From: Sphaerodactylus townsendi | Taxonomy: Eukaryota | Direction: 5' to 3' | DNA: 64,000 nt | Assembly (NCBI RefSeq): GCF_021028975.2 | Contig: NC_059425.1 | Location: 149,916,001-149,980,000 of the forward strand | Shown: one piece after another, positions 48,201-60,694 of the stretch | Numbering within the stretch: the stretch's first letter is position 1 | Layout of the letters: the number at the start of each line of letters is the position of its first letter | The notes under the pieces: generated by a model | The model's database searches: none | Told to the model about the DNA's origin: nothing | The model's input: only the letters and a program-made list of their open reading frames with translations | Made by a program: the position numbers and the translations under genes

Positions 48201-51200
48201 TTGTTTTGTGTGGAAATCCAAGGATCCATCTTGTCTGTTGCTTGTGAAGTAACCCTGAGTGAGCAGTTGGGGAGGAGTGCAAAGTTCTCTTGAACAGTTT
48301 CTTAAACCATTGTAGTTGGCTGAAGGCCGCTGTACCAGTTGTCTGAAAATACTTTTAAGGCACTTCTCTGTAGTCTAAGATAAAGACATGTTTGTTGTTC
48401 TTTGCTTTTTGGTTTGTGAGTTCCTTTTTTTGTGTGTGAGCTCAATAAAATAACAAATTCATTGCTCTGATAGGATATCATTCCTTCCTATCAGCATCCT
48501 GGAATTCCTTCTCTGCTCATATAAAATAATTCGATATTGTTTTAGTTTTCAGTTCCAGGATAAGAATTAAGGATGGATTGGAACGTTAACTCAGCCCTGG
48601 ATCAAGCTGAGTAAAGTGACTCCTGTGGAACTGGTACCAATCGGACTACAGTGACATGATAGTACATAGAGGCTTGCCAGTGGGTGAACCCATGCCCATT
48701 ACCATCACTGAACCCCTAGCTGAGCAGATCCTGTGAGCCACCAGGATCCTAGTTTTTGCTCAGTTTAACTTTCTAGTGGTCTTCCAAGATATTGGCAGAA
48801 CGAGACCTTTTCTAGTAATTTAAAGGGTTGTCCTCCCCACGGTTGTAACATATTTTTAGACATAATGCTTGACTTCTGGCTTTCTTCTCTTCAAAGATGG
48901 GGACCTCCTGTTTCAGCAAGTTCCTATGGTGGAAATTGATGGAATGAAGATGGTGCAAACTCGAGCTATCCTCCACTACATTGCAGCCAAGCACAATCTC
49001 TACGGAAAGGACCTGAAGGAGAAAGCCCTGTATTGTAACAGATTACATTTAGTTAGCATAAAGTTAGGGACCTGTGTTTTGCACCTTTTTCTTGTGGACG
49101 CAAGTATGCTCTCCAAATAGGAACATCTCTTGATTGCACCAACTGGGTCCCAAACTTTGGGGGACCCGAGCAGAGCATATTCAGAGAAGCCCACTGCTCA
49201 GTCTTCTGCTGGGGCCCTTATTCTCACCTGTACAGTGGTGGGATTCAAATAATTTAGCAACCGGTTCCAGTGGTGAGATTCAAATAATTTAACAACTGGT
49301 TGTTTACAAGCACCAGTTGTAAAATAATTTTAACAACTGGTTCTGCCTGCTGAATCCCACCACTGCTGAATTTCACCACTGGGTCTACATACTTCTATAC
49401 ACTTAAGACCCTGTGCACCACCCCATGCTCTTAGCCACATCCCCCCACCCATGGTTCTGAGAACTGCTTACTACTGGGAGTACAGATAGTGGGCAGGCTT
49501 ATAGGAGGGGGGAGGGAAAGATGGCAGAACATAGGTAGGTGCCAGTAGCAGTGAGAGCTACTGAAATCCCTGAATCCTGGCAGCTGTCCCACCTTGGAAT
49601 ATACAGAAACCAGCTCTGGAAAAGTGTAGTTAGAATGACCCTCTCCAGAAGTATTCTGCTTTCAGGAGCTCATTTGATATCTTCCCAAGTAAAACTGCCA
49701 GTGTTGGCTCCTGAAAATGAGCTTTTGTTTTTTTTTTTCAACATTTAATGGCGAACCCACTTTGGGTTTAGAAGTGGTGGCCTTGTTCTAAAAGTGACAT
49801 AAGGTTTTCAGTGTGAGTTAGCAGAGTTCTGCTGATGAGCAGGAAATGAAGGCGTGGCCTGTATAGTTACGTCTATTAAACCATACTCCTATGGATGCTT
49901 GTTGCATACAGCTACTGAATGGGAAACTGCGCTTGTCCTGGGTTGTAAATGCTGCCCTGCAAAGTAGATAAAGATACAGGCTGGTGCCAAGCCGTCTACT
50001 TTAATAAATGTACCTTTTGGTAAAGACCATTGTAAATATCTGCTTGGCAGACACATTTTCTTTCCTGTTCCGCACTATTTCCAATCTTTTCTCTTCCCTA
50101 ATATTTACAATAGCATAAAGAAGAAGAGTTTGGATTTATATCCCCCCTTTCTCTCCTGTAGGAGACTCAAAGGGGCTTACAATCTCCTTGCCCTTCCCCC
50201 CTCACAATAAACACCCTGTGAGGTAGGTGGGGCTGAGAGAGCTCTGAGAAGCTGTGACTAGCCCAAGGTCACCCAGCTGGCGTGTGTGGGAGTGCACAGG
50301 CTAATCTGAATTCCCCAGATAAGCCTCCACAGCTCAGGCGGCAGAGCTGGGAATCAAACCCGGTTCCTCCAGATTAGATACACGAGCTGTTAACCTCCTA
50401 CACCACTGCTGCTAAAGGAAGGCAGCCACTCACTGTAAGGGAGCCAATGCCTACAAAAGACTTTGCCCTATCATTAAAAAAAAGTTTTCATGGCAATATC
50501 AATCCTTAGTTGGAGGACACTATATGTTTTTAAATCTGTTTAATAACTTTATCAACAAGACAGAGCCTGTTTCTGACCTGCGTGTATGTCTCTTTAGAAT
50601 TGACACGTATGTGGAAGGAACAACTGATCTAATGGGCCTAATTATGATGTACCCTTTTTTAACATCCGAGGATAAGAAAAAACAACTTGCCACACTCACT
50701 GAGAAAGCGACCAACAGATATTTTCCTGTGTATGAAAAGGTATGTGTCAGCAGTCCATTAGTTACGGCCTAAAAGGTTACTTTACAGTTGAAGGTTATGT
50801 TTCAACTGAATATTTAAAAGGTTAACAAGTAAAGAAGATAAATGAATGTTCATGCACTAATGTGTGACAGTTGTATCTATGTGAAAATGGGATAAGCCAG
50901 GGTTCTCTGCTATATGCCCATGTTTGAAGATGCATGCACCCTGTAAAACCTTGTACTGAGCTCCAAGTCAGTTTAAAGTTGGTCTACTACCTTGAAGGCA
51001 TGGATTTAAATCCTCATTGTGCCATAAAGCAGAAAAAATGATCTCTCCTCTCGCTCCTCTTAACCTTACAGGGTTGTTGTGAAGATAAAAGAGGGGGTAC
51101 CATATTGTTCACATTTTGCTATTTCTGTAAACTGGGCCTAGTATAAATTATTCCTTTTCTGTATTACTGGGTTTTCCCCCCCAACAGCATACATCCCTCA

Positions 51201-53430
51201 TTAAAAATAATTTTGGTAGTCAGCCAACTTCTTCTGTGCATGCTTCTTCACAAACTAAGCGAGCTCCTTTGCTCTTTCTGTGAAAAAAAAATTACCCCCC
51301 CCCCAAAAAAAAAACTACACCGGGCATAAATGTTGGATGAGTAAACAGTTTTTCTTTTTGAGATGTTGAGGCCTTGAAACTTCAGATGATGGTGACTTCT
51401 CTTAGAACTGCAATAACATAGATTAATTGCAGGTGTTGAAAGATCATGGGCAGGATTTTCTTGTTGGCAACCAGTTCAGCTGGGCAGATGTACACCTCCT
51501 TGAAGCTATTTTAATGGTTGAGGAAAAGGCCTCTGACATCCTCTCGGAATTCCCCAACTTGCAGGTATGGAAAAAGAACAGCAGGGCCAATTATTCAGCC
51601 GCCTCCTTAAGGACCTGTTTCCCAGAAGCCCAAATGAATGGCTTTCTGAGGAATCATTTCCTACTAAATTGTAGGCAAGATGTTTAATCAACTGACTTTC
51701 TAATCTAACAACACTCAGTTAAACTTAAAAGAAACAGTTTTCCTGACCAATGAAAACCATTCATCCCATATCTTACAAAATTTTTTGAAAATAGTAATAG
51801 CAATATTTTTGTTTATATGTTTTGCTGTTTTTGAAAATTATACTTCAGTAATTCCTTTTAAAAGCAAACGGTTTCATTTGGTGAGTTGGCAGAAGGAGCA
51901 CAGAATGTCCATGTTGCTGTGATAGAGCTTTGGGCTCTTACTTTTTAATGCACGTGAGACTGTAGTGTATGAAGAAATCCAGCTTTGACATGTGTTGCAA
52001 CCATAGGTGCCGTCACCTCTGCTTCCCTCTCTCCCTCCCTCTCTTCCTCCTTCCCCGTAGGTTGTTCCTACCTCTTTCTTGGCATGAAAGCCCCTTTCAT
52101 CCAGTGATCTGGATTAAAAAATACTCTGAGACTAATTACATGGTACATTTTTCTGGGGTTCATCTTCAGGTCTGTTTGACTGACTTGGTCTAGGACAGTG
52201 GTGGCGAACCTTTGGCACTCCAGATGTTATGGACTACAATTCCCATCAGCCCCTACCATCAGCCCTGCCAGCAATTGGCCATTCTGGCAGGGGCTGATGG
52301 GAATTGTAGTCCATAACATCTGGAGTGCCAAAGGTTTGCCACCACGGGTCTAGGATTTCCATGAGTGGGACTTGATTTTCAGGTGCGTGGGGCCAAATTT
52401 GGATCAGGGCTGCAGGAATAGAGGGCCAAGTCCCCCTCATCCTGTATCATATTCCAAACATGAGATGCCAGTTGTTCTACTGGAGAAGCTTAGTGTGTAG
52501 CCCATCAGTGTGCATAAGTTTTCCCAGTGGGGCAAATGGTGGCTTGCTGCATTTCAGGTTGGGAGAATGGCACAGGGGAAGAGGCAGAAGCTGCTTCTCT
52601 CTCCATTCAATATTCCTGATCTGAATCAGGCTCCTGTCCACCTGAGAATCAATTTCCCCTGGGATCATGGAACACCCAGAGTCACTGTGTTGATGGATCT
52701 TGGGATTGTGCCCAGGAATAGGGGACTATGTACTTTCACCCTCGGACAATCAACTGCTGGGCCATTCATTAGCCAACAGAGGGGCCTGATCAAAACCTGA
52801 TGCTGACAGAACAGCATACCTCTCCATGCCTCTTGTTGGAACTGGACTCTTGGCCACTGTGCATGCAGTATTGGCAAGCCAGAGTTTTATGGCCCAGGGG
52901 GGTTAGGGCTGGCTGGCATGCTAACAGTACACACGTAGTGGGATTGCCTGTCTAATAGGGAATATGTAGAATTGTGTGGGGAAGTGCTTCTGATGTGCCA
53001 GCATTAAGTTTAAATTGGGTAGGGGTGAGGGTGGGGAGCGTGACATATGTGGATTGCCCGATGGCAGTAGTCTCTGTCAGTATAGGGTATGGTCTGATGT
53101 TAGTCATATGCCAGTTAAAAACAGAGCCCAAAGCATCTCCTCAGCACTGTGGTCTCTTTGTACACAGCACTGATAAGACTCGAGTGAGAAGGGAGATGAA
53201 AAGGCACACTTTGTATTAAGAACAGACTGTTTTCTTTCTGGTATGTAAATTGTGTCTCTCTGTGTGTTTCTCTTCTCTTCATTTAGGCTTTTAAAGGCAA
53301 GATAAGTAAAATTCCCACTATTAAAAAGTTTCTGGAGCCAGGAAGCCAGAGGAAGCCTGTGCCGGATGACAGATACGTGGAGACTGTGAGAAGGGTCCTT
53401 CAGGCCTATCATAATGTGAAACCTACTTAG
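42126..53430 (+). CDS. GSTA4: Alpha-class glutathione S-transferase, 229 aa (chicken GST CL-3 / GSTA4-like): join(42126-42212,44084-44135,48897-49029,50598-50739,51433-51564,53287-53430)
   Basis: [65 protein letters not shown]. Exon sizes are the canonical GSTA 87/52/133/142/132, and the last exon is 144 bp. Symbol is by position next to CILK1; exact orthology is uncertain. Confidence 0.92.
42390..42525 (+). mobile_element. Degenerate tRNA-derived SINE
   Basis: A/B-box-like head (tagtggttagaacgttggac...ggttcaaatccc) plus the SINE body gtgaccttgggacagt...cctcacttacctcatagggctgttg. Confidence 0.65.
44084..44135 (+). CDS. GSTA gene 1 coding exon 2 ([17 protein letters not shown]), GC donor
   Basis: 52 bp; donor AAG|GCAAGT. 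Confidence 0.93.
46290..46432 (+). mobile_element. L2-type 3' tail
   Basis: tgtaccccgctcagagccctttgggggttgggcggtata followed by (TAA)n. Confidence 0.55.
48897..49029 (+). CDS. GSTA gene 1 coding exon 3
   Basis: 133 bp; [26 protein letters not shown]. Confidence 0.95.
49233..49381. mobile_element. hAT MITE (CAGTGGTGGGATTC family)
   Basis: Same TIRs and body as 19619-19751; duplicated right end. Confidence 0.8.
50119..50413 (-). mobile_element. tRNA-derived SINE (Squam3-like)
   Basis: Reverse complement of the 14231-14524 family. Confidence 0.8.
50598..50739 (+). CDS. GSTA gene 1 coding exon 4
   Basis: 142 bp; IDTYVEG...RYFPVYEK. Confidence 0.95.
51433..51564 (+). CDS. GSTA gene 1 coding exon 5
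   Basis: 132 bp; [19 protein letters not shown]. Confidence 0.95.
52196..52347. mobile_element. Hairpin hAT MITE (ACTACAATTCCCATCAG core)
   Basis: Palindrome; perfect TSD GTCTAGGA. Confidence 0.9.
53287..53430 (+). CDS. GSTA gene 1 last exon
   Basis: [47 protein letters not shown]; AATAAA at 53735 and 54052. Confidence 0.94.
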   Translation, partial: AFKGKISKIPTIKKFLEPGSQRKPVPDDRYVETVRRVLQAYHNVKPT

Positions 53431-54805
53431 TTCCAAACTACAAGTGCCAGTGCAGAATCACGATGGTTATAAAAGGACCTCTTGTTTCATCAAACATGGT
53501 GTTACGCTAAAGACAAGTGACACTTAGATAGGTCTACTTTAGAAACCCATTTACTGATTAACAGGTAAATGGTAGGGGTAGCCTGTAGCAAAGGGAGGAC
53601 ACGATATATAACATGTATTCCAATTATAAGCAGGTATTTTGATCTAGAATCCTAGGCATAATCCTCTTTAAAGAGAGCTTTTGAGTATTTGACTGCATCA
53701 AGCAAAGCAAAACTCTGTCTGAACAGGCTGATAAAATAAACGGTGTTAGTAGAGAAGCTCAGATAACTCTGTTCTGCCCGGCATTTGCTGCTGCCAACAG
53801 GAGTGAACACGTAGAACACGTTGAAGAGGAGTGAACACGTAGAACACTTTACAGACACGTAGAAAGGATGCATTGACCTCAAGTGAATTCCAATAAGTGG
53901 GTATTGCTTGGGTGCCACAGTGTGACAGCTGCCGACTAAAATGTCTACATCCTCTTCTATTATAAAGCTTAAACCTGGTTTGTGATATTGAAGAGTTCAG
54001 TACTTTCTCCTGTACTTCAGACAAAGCCTAGAATACAGTTTGTCTCTTTATAATAAACAGCTTGCATACTATGGAATATTTGTTCGCTTGTCATTGTCAT
54101 ATATGAGCTTACATATCGCAAATGTACATCTACTTTGTGGTTGAAATTCCTTTTCCCCTAAAGGCTTCAACGCTGCATGTAAAAATTTAAACATCAGACT
54201 TCAAACACAGCAGAAGTAGGATGAACATGGGCAAGAGAAAATAAAGGCAAATGTTTTTAAAAGTCCTCCTAAAAATCTCCTTACTTATAAAGTAAGGTAT
54301 TTTCCCAACTTTATTGGGAGAACCATTCCCAAGATTGGAGGCACCACAGGGAATGCCAAAGATTATATAGCAGCAGTTCTGCTTGACACATGGAAGGGAA
54401 AGCAAGAAGAAACTTGCAGGGACTCAAAAACATTCATTCAAGGTTTTCATGTATAGCCTTCTTTGTTTTCCTGTGGACAGCTCTGTCCCGTCTACTCTAA
54501 TGAGTTCTACAGTGCTGGAATTGTACTGCAAGGGCTGTCCACAAAGATACATACCATTCTTCAAAGTGTAACTATTTGCAGGTTACAAGAATCAAATGCC
54601 ACAATATTATCACTGTCAACTAAAATGACAACTCCCTTTTCTCTAAACTTAAATCTGCTTTGTGGTGCTTAAGTGTGCATGCCATGCAGTGTTACCACAG
54701 CCTGACTTTGTAACAGCACATTATAGCACTGCGAAATGTACCTCTTTGTGAAGAACAACATTAGGCATAAAAATGAATCTGCAACTGAGAAAAAAAACCC
54801 TATCT

Positions 54806-54953
54806 CAGGGGTAGAGAACCTGCGGCTCTCCAGATGTTCAGGAACTACAATTCCCATCAGCCCCTACCAGCATGGCCAATTGGCCATGCTGACAGAGGCT
54901 GATGGGAATTGTAGTTCCTGAACATCTGGAGAGCCGCAGGTTCCCTACCCCTG
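54806..54953. mobile_element. Hairpin hAT MITE (same core, CAGGGGTAGRGAACC TIRs)
   Basis: Palindrome; perfect TSD CCCTATCT. Confidence 0.9.
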
Positions 54954-56484
54954 CCCTATCTGGTACAGAGCGTGACCATGTTTTTGTAAATAAAATGCAA
55001 GATTGGTCTGGTTCAAGTGCTTTTAGTTGCCTAAACATGGAAGACAATGTTCTGAGCAATGCTACACAACTTAAGTTCTCACACACGGCACAATTGTGAA
55101 AGGTAATAGTTCCTAGAATACAACTCTTAAATATACGAATATTTAAATTTTGATGTATGTTTTCCTGTTCACTAGACCAGCGAGCACATTTTGAAGTTAA
55201 GATTCTGTTCTTTATACAGTGAGGGGGCAAATTGTTTCTTGGAGTTTAGCTTTTTGTCAAGAGTTTTGTACAGATCAGTGGGTTCACGGGCTAGGCTTTG
55301 TAGTAGGGACCAACATTTTATTCCAGACTGGGTTTCAACAAGTTGACACATGTTCCAACTGTCTTCTCCCCCCGGCCCAGATTTCATTAACTCTCAGAAC
55401 TTTATTACACGTTAATTTCTCTTCACATTTTTAAAAAACTTGATGCTCAACTACTCTCAATATTCTTGCTTCTGGAGCATTTTCAGTCCTCACTGGGGCT
55501 GTTATGAAATCATTTTTTCCTAGGAAATCTGAGAACTTCTGAACAAACCCTTATCTTGTCCATGGGTTGACTACACTAATAGCTTTTACTATATACTGCT
55601 GTAATATTGTGATGACAAAAATAAGTCATAGAAGGAAAGGTTGAAGGAACAAGAAAGGGGAAGACTGAAGATCCACACAATATGGATTCTACTACTGTCA
55701 TGAATGTAGAATCACAATGGGCTTGTTCTCTGCTGTTCCAGAGAGAGTGTATCTAAATAGTTTCAGTTAAATTTAATTTGAAAATGAGAAAGCTTGTAAA
55801 GGAAAGAACTGCTTTATGATGGAACCAGTTATTTGTTCTTGGCGGAGGTCTTCAACCATTGGTTGGGAATGCTCAATATTTTTATTTCATGCATTAAATG
55901 GGGTTAGATTGGGTAGTCTCTAAAGCTCCTAGCTGTGTAGGATTGTGACTACCTTGATTTTCCTGTTTCCACAGGAAAATCAGAAGTGGACATTAAAATA
56001 GCACCATATCCAACAATGTGAAGCGGTAGTCAGAGAAAAGCCTCTGTGTGAGCAGAATGCCTCTATCTTGCCATTCAACCACAGTTTGCCCTTGCACATT
56101 TAGGATTAAGGAATGGGAAACACTGAATAGGAGCCTGATACACATTGTAGAGGTGTTGGTAAGGGAAGAGCTGCTCCATGGTAGGTTCTTAATAAAGATG
56201 CATCATGTATATTGTTAGTAGATGTGGGCAAGATGGTTTTAGAAAGCAGGATGCTGTAGTTCTGAAATAATAAGTAAGCATGTTTTGTCTTGCATCTAAC
56301 AGCTGAAGCAGTGAGCCATGGCACAGAGCAGTAGCATGGAAGAACATATATAAAATGAGTTAACTTGTGCATGTGTATGATACAGGTATGGTGGAGCCCC
56401 CCAAAAAGACAAGTGGGATCTAAATCAAATCAAACCTGAACTGTCCCTAGAAGGAAGCTAAAACAAGTAAACTGATGCAATTGT

Positions 56485-56662
56485 AACTTTAGTCATATTA
56501 TGAGAAAGCAAGATTCACTGGAAAAGACAATTATGCTAGGGAAAGTTGAAGGCAACCAGAGAAGAGGAAGACGCAATAAGATGGATTGGCTTAATAAAGC
56601 AAGCCTCAGTTTGCAAGACCTAAGCATTGTTGCTAACAACAGGACATTTGGGAGGTTCATTA
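56485..56662 (+). mobile_element. RTE/BovB-like LINE 3' fragment
   Basis: Translates to HIMRKQDSLEKTIMLGKVEGNQRRGR, the typical BovB/RTE C-terminus. Confidence 0.8.
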
Positions 56663-56959
56663 ATTTTATTTTCATTTAATTAATCTTTACTAAATAAATT
56701 ATAATTTACACCAACACATCCTGCAGCCTCAAATATAGTTCAACAGCAAAAAAATATTCCACATGTCCACGGCCGACTTCAAGGGATCCAAATCACTTCA
56801 GATTTTAAAGGAATTAACAGAAAAATAAAAAAGACAATAAAATCCTCTACACAAGCTGTATAAAATCACAATATAGTATATAATTACAATATAAATAGAT
56901 CAGTTTGACAAGTTAAAAGTAAAATAAAACAACAATAGGTATCCTAACAAGCATAAATA

Positions 56960-57930
56960 GTAATGTCAAAAGAACTTTTTTTTTTATGCTTTCATGTTGT
57001 TGCGAGAAACCGGAATGCCAGAACAAAAGTTCCCATGCCAGAATCTGACAACAAAAACTGAATTTGCTGGACCTTATTTATAAATCTTTTAGTCTAAAGC
57101 AAGGCTGAAATGTATTTGCTACAAAGATCCACGGATAGTTGACATTCAAGGATGATATATGGGGTATTGAATCTGGTAAGCCAGCTCACAGCGACCAAAC
57201 CTCTCCAGATGGGCAACATGCTGAAATCTTCCTAGAAGGACATTAGGAGGGAAAGCATTCATATGTGCCAAAGTAAAGGCTCTTTGGACAGGGACATCTA
57301 AATTATAAAAAATATTGGGCCATCGATCCCAACTGACTTTGAATGCCAAAGAAAGCAGGTGAGCATAAAAATGTCTGGGATGGAAAAAAAATTCTGATGC
57401 TCCTGGTCAAATAAGTCTCTGTTCAATAGACCTAAAAATAGATCTTTCGTCAGAGAATAATGAGTCAAAGGCAGTTCCAATTTGGGAAAGTTTCTGGGAG
57501 ATGACCTGAAACCATTGGGACCAATAAGGATCAATATTTAAATATACCAGTAGCCCTTCCAATTCAGCTCTGAAATGAATTTTCAAAAGTAGCGATCCAA
57601 GCCTGAACTTCCATACAACTTTTTCCTTGTAAGGATCCTTTACCAACAGCATGGTGGACAGGTGATACTTTCTGCATCTGCCCATGTCCCTGTCGCACCT
57701 GGTGAGGGCCCAGGAACCAACAGAAAAGGCAATTGCCCTAGCTATCCTCCTTTTCACTATATAAAACACAGGACTGGTCCTGATGCTGAACGAGTGCAAA
57801 AAGTAAGGCCTGGGAAAAATGTTCTGTTCTTTTACTAGAGGCTTAATGGCCAGCAGGAGCTGTTTGGAATGCAGGCAAACAGCACTGTGGGACAAATAAC
57901 ATCTCACTAAGCCCCTGTTAAAGGGAGAGG
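56960..57930 (-). mobile_element. Degenerate non-LTR retrotransposon C-terminal fragment (RTEX/L1-like)
   Basis: RAFTLAHMNAFPPNVLLGRF...ERFGRC, resembling the region before the C-terminal zinc knuckle of squamate LINEs. Confidence 0.5.
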
Positions 57931-58047
57931 GCTTTTTTTTTTTCTTATTCCGGCAGTGGGCAAACCTACCTAAAAGAATTTCTTCCCCTTTTTGGTTATC
58001 AATCTACAAAAGGAAGAAGAAACTATCTCATCAATATCATTTTACTA

Positions 58048-58214
58048 CTGCCATCTAGTGAGTAAACTTTGTTTTCTATCTGAAGGAAGGAAAGAAGAAA
58101 ACAGTCTAATGGTGTGATCAAAATGTCAGTTGAGTTGGATACTGCCATCTAGTGGCTAATTATTAATTTTCTACCTTTCCAAGGAAAATCGCGAATTTAT
58201 CAACACTAGTGGGA
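58048..58214. promoter_or_regulatory. Tandem CTCF-like motifs
   Basis: CTGCCATCTAGTGAG (58048-58062), CTGCCATCTAGTGGC (58142-58156) and a weaker CAACACTAGTGGG (58201-58213), all in the same orientation. Confidence 0.6.
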
Positions 58215-58587
58215 AAGAAAACAAGAGCTTCGATGCAAAGGATGGGACAGTATTAGGATGGCTTTCCAGATTGTTGTCGCAGCTTCATTTTAACATTTAT
58301 TTTTAATTAATTTAAGCACAAAGGTGGGAGTGATAAAATACTGGTACAGAAAATATTTTTATGCATAGCTGTGCAAATATTACAGAGTAGCGTTTATAAA
58401 GGAAATCAAAGAAAATGCTGATTTTAAATGTTAAATGAAAAAGTTGTGATTTAAAAAATATCTAGTAGTTAGCAGGGTTTGTAAATGGGGCAGTAGATAG
58501 AGCTGTGTTATATTTTCTAGCATCTCTTGACCAATAGATTTTGCTTTCAAATAACATCAACTCCTAGAAAAAAGCATTACACTTTTG

Positions 58588-58700
58588 GGGGGCTGTGTAG
58601 TTTCCGGGCTGTATGGCCGTGTTCTAGCAGCCCGGAAACCACACAGCCTGGAAACCACACAGCACCCCAGTGATTCCGGCTGTGAAAGCCTTCGACAATA
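58588..58700 (+). mobile_element. Penelope-like element remnant
   Basis: ttccggctgtgaaagccttcgacaata end motif, internal inverted repeat, and 13-bp direct flank CATTACACTTTTG (58575-58587, 58701-58713). Confidence 0.65.
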
Positions 58701-58728
58701 CATTACACTTTTGCTTATTCTGCCGTGA

Positions 58729-58732
<4 letters not shown>

Positions 58733-58770
<38 letters not shown>
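58733..58770. repeat. (TC)n microsatellite
   Basis: Direct observation. Confidence 0.95.
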
Positions 58771-58773
<3 letters not shown>

Positions 58774-58983
58774 TGTATACACGCAACAAAAAAAATTGTG
58801 TGATTATGTGCATGTGGATTTTCTGCTTCTTAATGACCAGGGATTAATAATTGAAGAAATACACCTCAGTGTAATAAAAAGTAAATTATCTGCACTGACC
58901 AAGTGACTAATAATGATCCTTATTTATTATTAAGGGCCAAGAAGCAAAACTGGGATGGGACAAAATTTAAAGCTAATCAACAA

Positions 58984-59125
58984 AGGCCCCTTCCGCACGG
59001 GCGGAATATGGCAGCCTGGGGACGGCAAAAACGCCGTCCCCAGGGCGCCGTTCGCACAGGGGGCGCAGCTGCATCGCAGCCGCGCCCCCCTCGCACCGCC
59101 TGACCGGTGTGACGCCGGCGTTTCC
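58984..59125. mobile_element. Partial GC-rich MITE (PIF/Harbinger-like end)
   Basis: aggccccttccgcac start, internal palindrome gggacggc...gccgtccc, CpG-rich island within AT-rich DNA. Confidence 0.45.
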
Positions 59126-60660
59126 TAAGTTAGGGAGTGACTAACAAAATCACTGTTTGCTTTTTATATATATAGATTACTGATACATGAACCACAAAAT
59201 CGTCTGTTGCAAAACATGCTTGTTTTTGCGGCTGCCTCTGGTTGAATGTATGCCACAAGACTCCAAAGGTCACTTTGTGGGAGGAGTCCTAGAAGGTAAT
59301 TGTGCCAGGCGAAGCTACTTAAGGAGCAGAAGGAAGGAGGTGGCTCGGACTTCAGATCAGAGACTCACTAGAGGTTAGTTACTGAAACTTGTACATGTCT
59401 GTAAGCGTCTTACATTAACATGTAATAGCAAACTGTTTAACAGGTAAAATGGGAATCTGTTTTTGCAGCTGGGAGAATGCTGATTGCCAGTTTCTGCACA
59501 CCTGAATAAATCTACCTTATCTGTTGACATTTTGCTTATTGGGCAACATAAGTGTCCCTGTACTCCCTACACCCCAAAAATGTGGCAGTTCGGTAAACAT
59601 ACTTGGATTTTATAAGAGCAAGACTGCTTGGATAATGGTTAACTACCATCTGGAGTGGGTTAATTAATTGTTAATTAAATCTCTATTCAGTGTTCCTAGG
59701 TGCATTTGTAAAACGTTTGAAACTTCTGAATGGATTTCAAAAAATGCCTTTTTTGGAACAAAAGAATTATAATTTTTGGTATGTATTAAACTGCTATTTT
59801 GGGTGAAAAACAGATTCACTGACCCTCGGGCACACACACACCCATGCATGTGGAAAGCCCCACTTGTTGGTCTTTTCTGATTGTTAGAACAACACAACAC
59901 CTATTTGCTTAGCTTGATACTGGTTGATGCTTTGTTTCATAGGAACAAAGAGCTGGCAGCTGGATGAGGAGAGCTTTTTGAGTAGCTAAAAATTTTGGGA
60001 AGGTTTTGTTATGGTTTTTCTTTTCTGGTATTATTGCTTATTCCATTAGTATAAAGCTATGTTATATGGCCCTGATCAACCCCCGCATATTATTGCAACA
60101 ATATTTTCTTCAAAAATCATATTGGCAAAAGCCAGTTGTCACACACCTCTCTGTATAGGTAGCAGAATGTCCACTTGGCAGCAAGCCAAAGGCAAACAGC
60201 TTACTTTACAAAATCTAATCAAGAGGATGAGTTACTCCAGCATAACCTGGAGGTCTCATTTTGTTTGTGGGCATGATCTTGATTACTACACCTTGCTAAG
60301 ATACTGTAAGACAAAAGAATATGGAAAGATGCCTTGGTATCAGATGCTGCATTTCACTATCTCTTCTAGAAAACATGTCAGCAAAAGATGGTTGCTCCTC
60401 TGCATTTCCTCCACCTATTGTTATGACTCTCCTAAACCACTCACCCTGTCCTAATCAAATGTCTCAGCCAAATTTGAATAACCTGGGCAGTGTCTCTACA
60501 GAGTTAATCTGCATGAAGCCTTACAGCATTTTCCCATTTAGACTAACAAAGCAATTGGCCGTATTGTCCCAGACTTAGTAATAGGTGAGCTGATTAATTA
60601 GATCAGCACCCCAAACCCAGCACAGATGTGGAGAAACGAAACTTAGAGCAATTGGTCCCT

Positions 60661-60694
60661 TTTTCCCGCCAAGAGAACGATCTACCTTATAAAA
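60661..60694 (+). promoter_or_regulatory. Probable TATA promoter of the second GSTA gene
   Basis: TATAAAA 60688-60694 preceded by an E2F-like TTTCCCGCCAA, about 700 bp upstream of the ATG-exon acceptor (61393); candidate exon-1 donors at 60756 or 60847. Confidence 0.55.
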
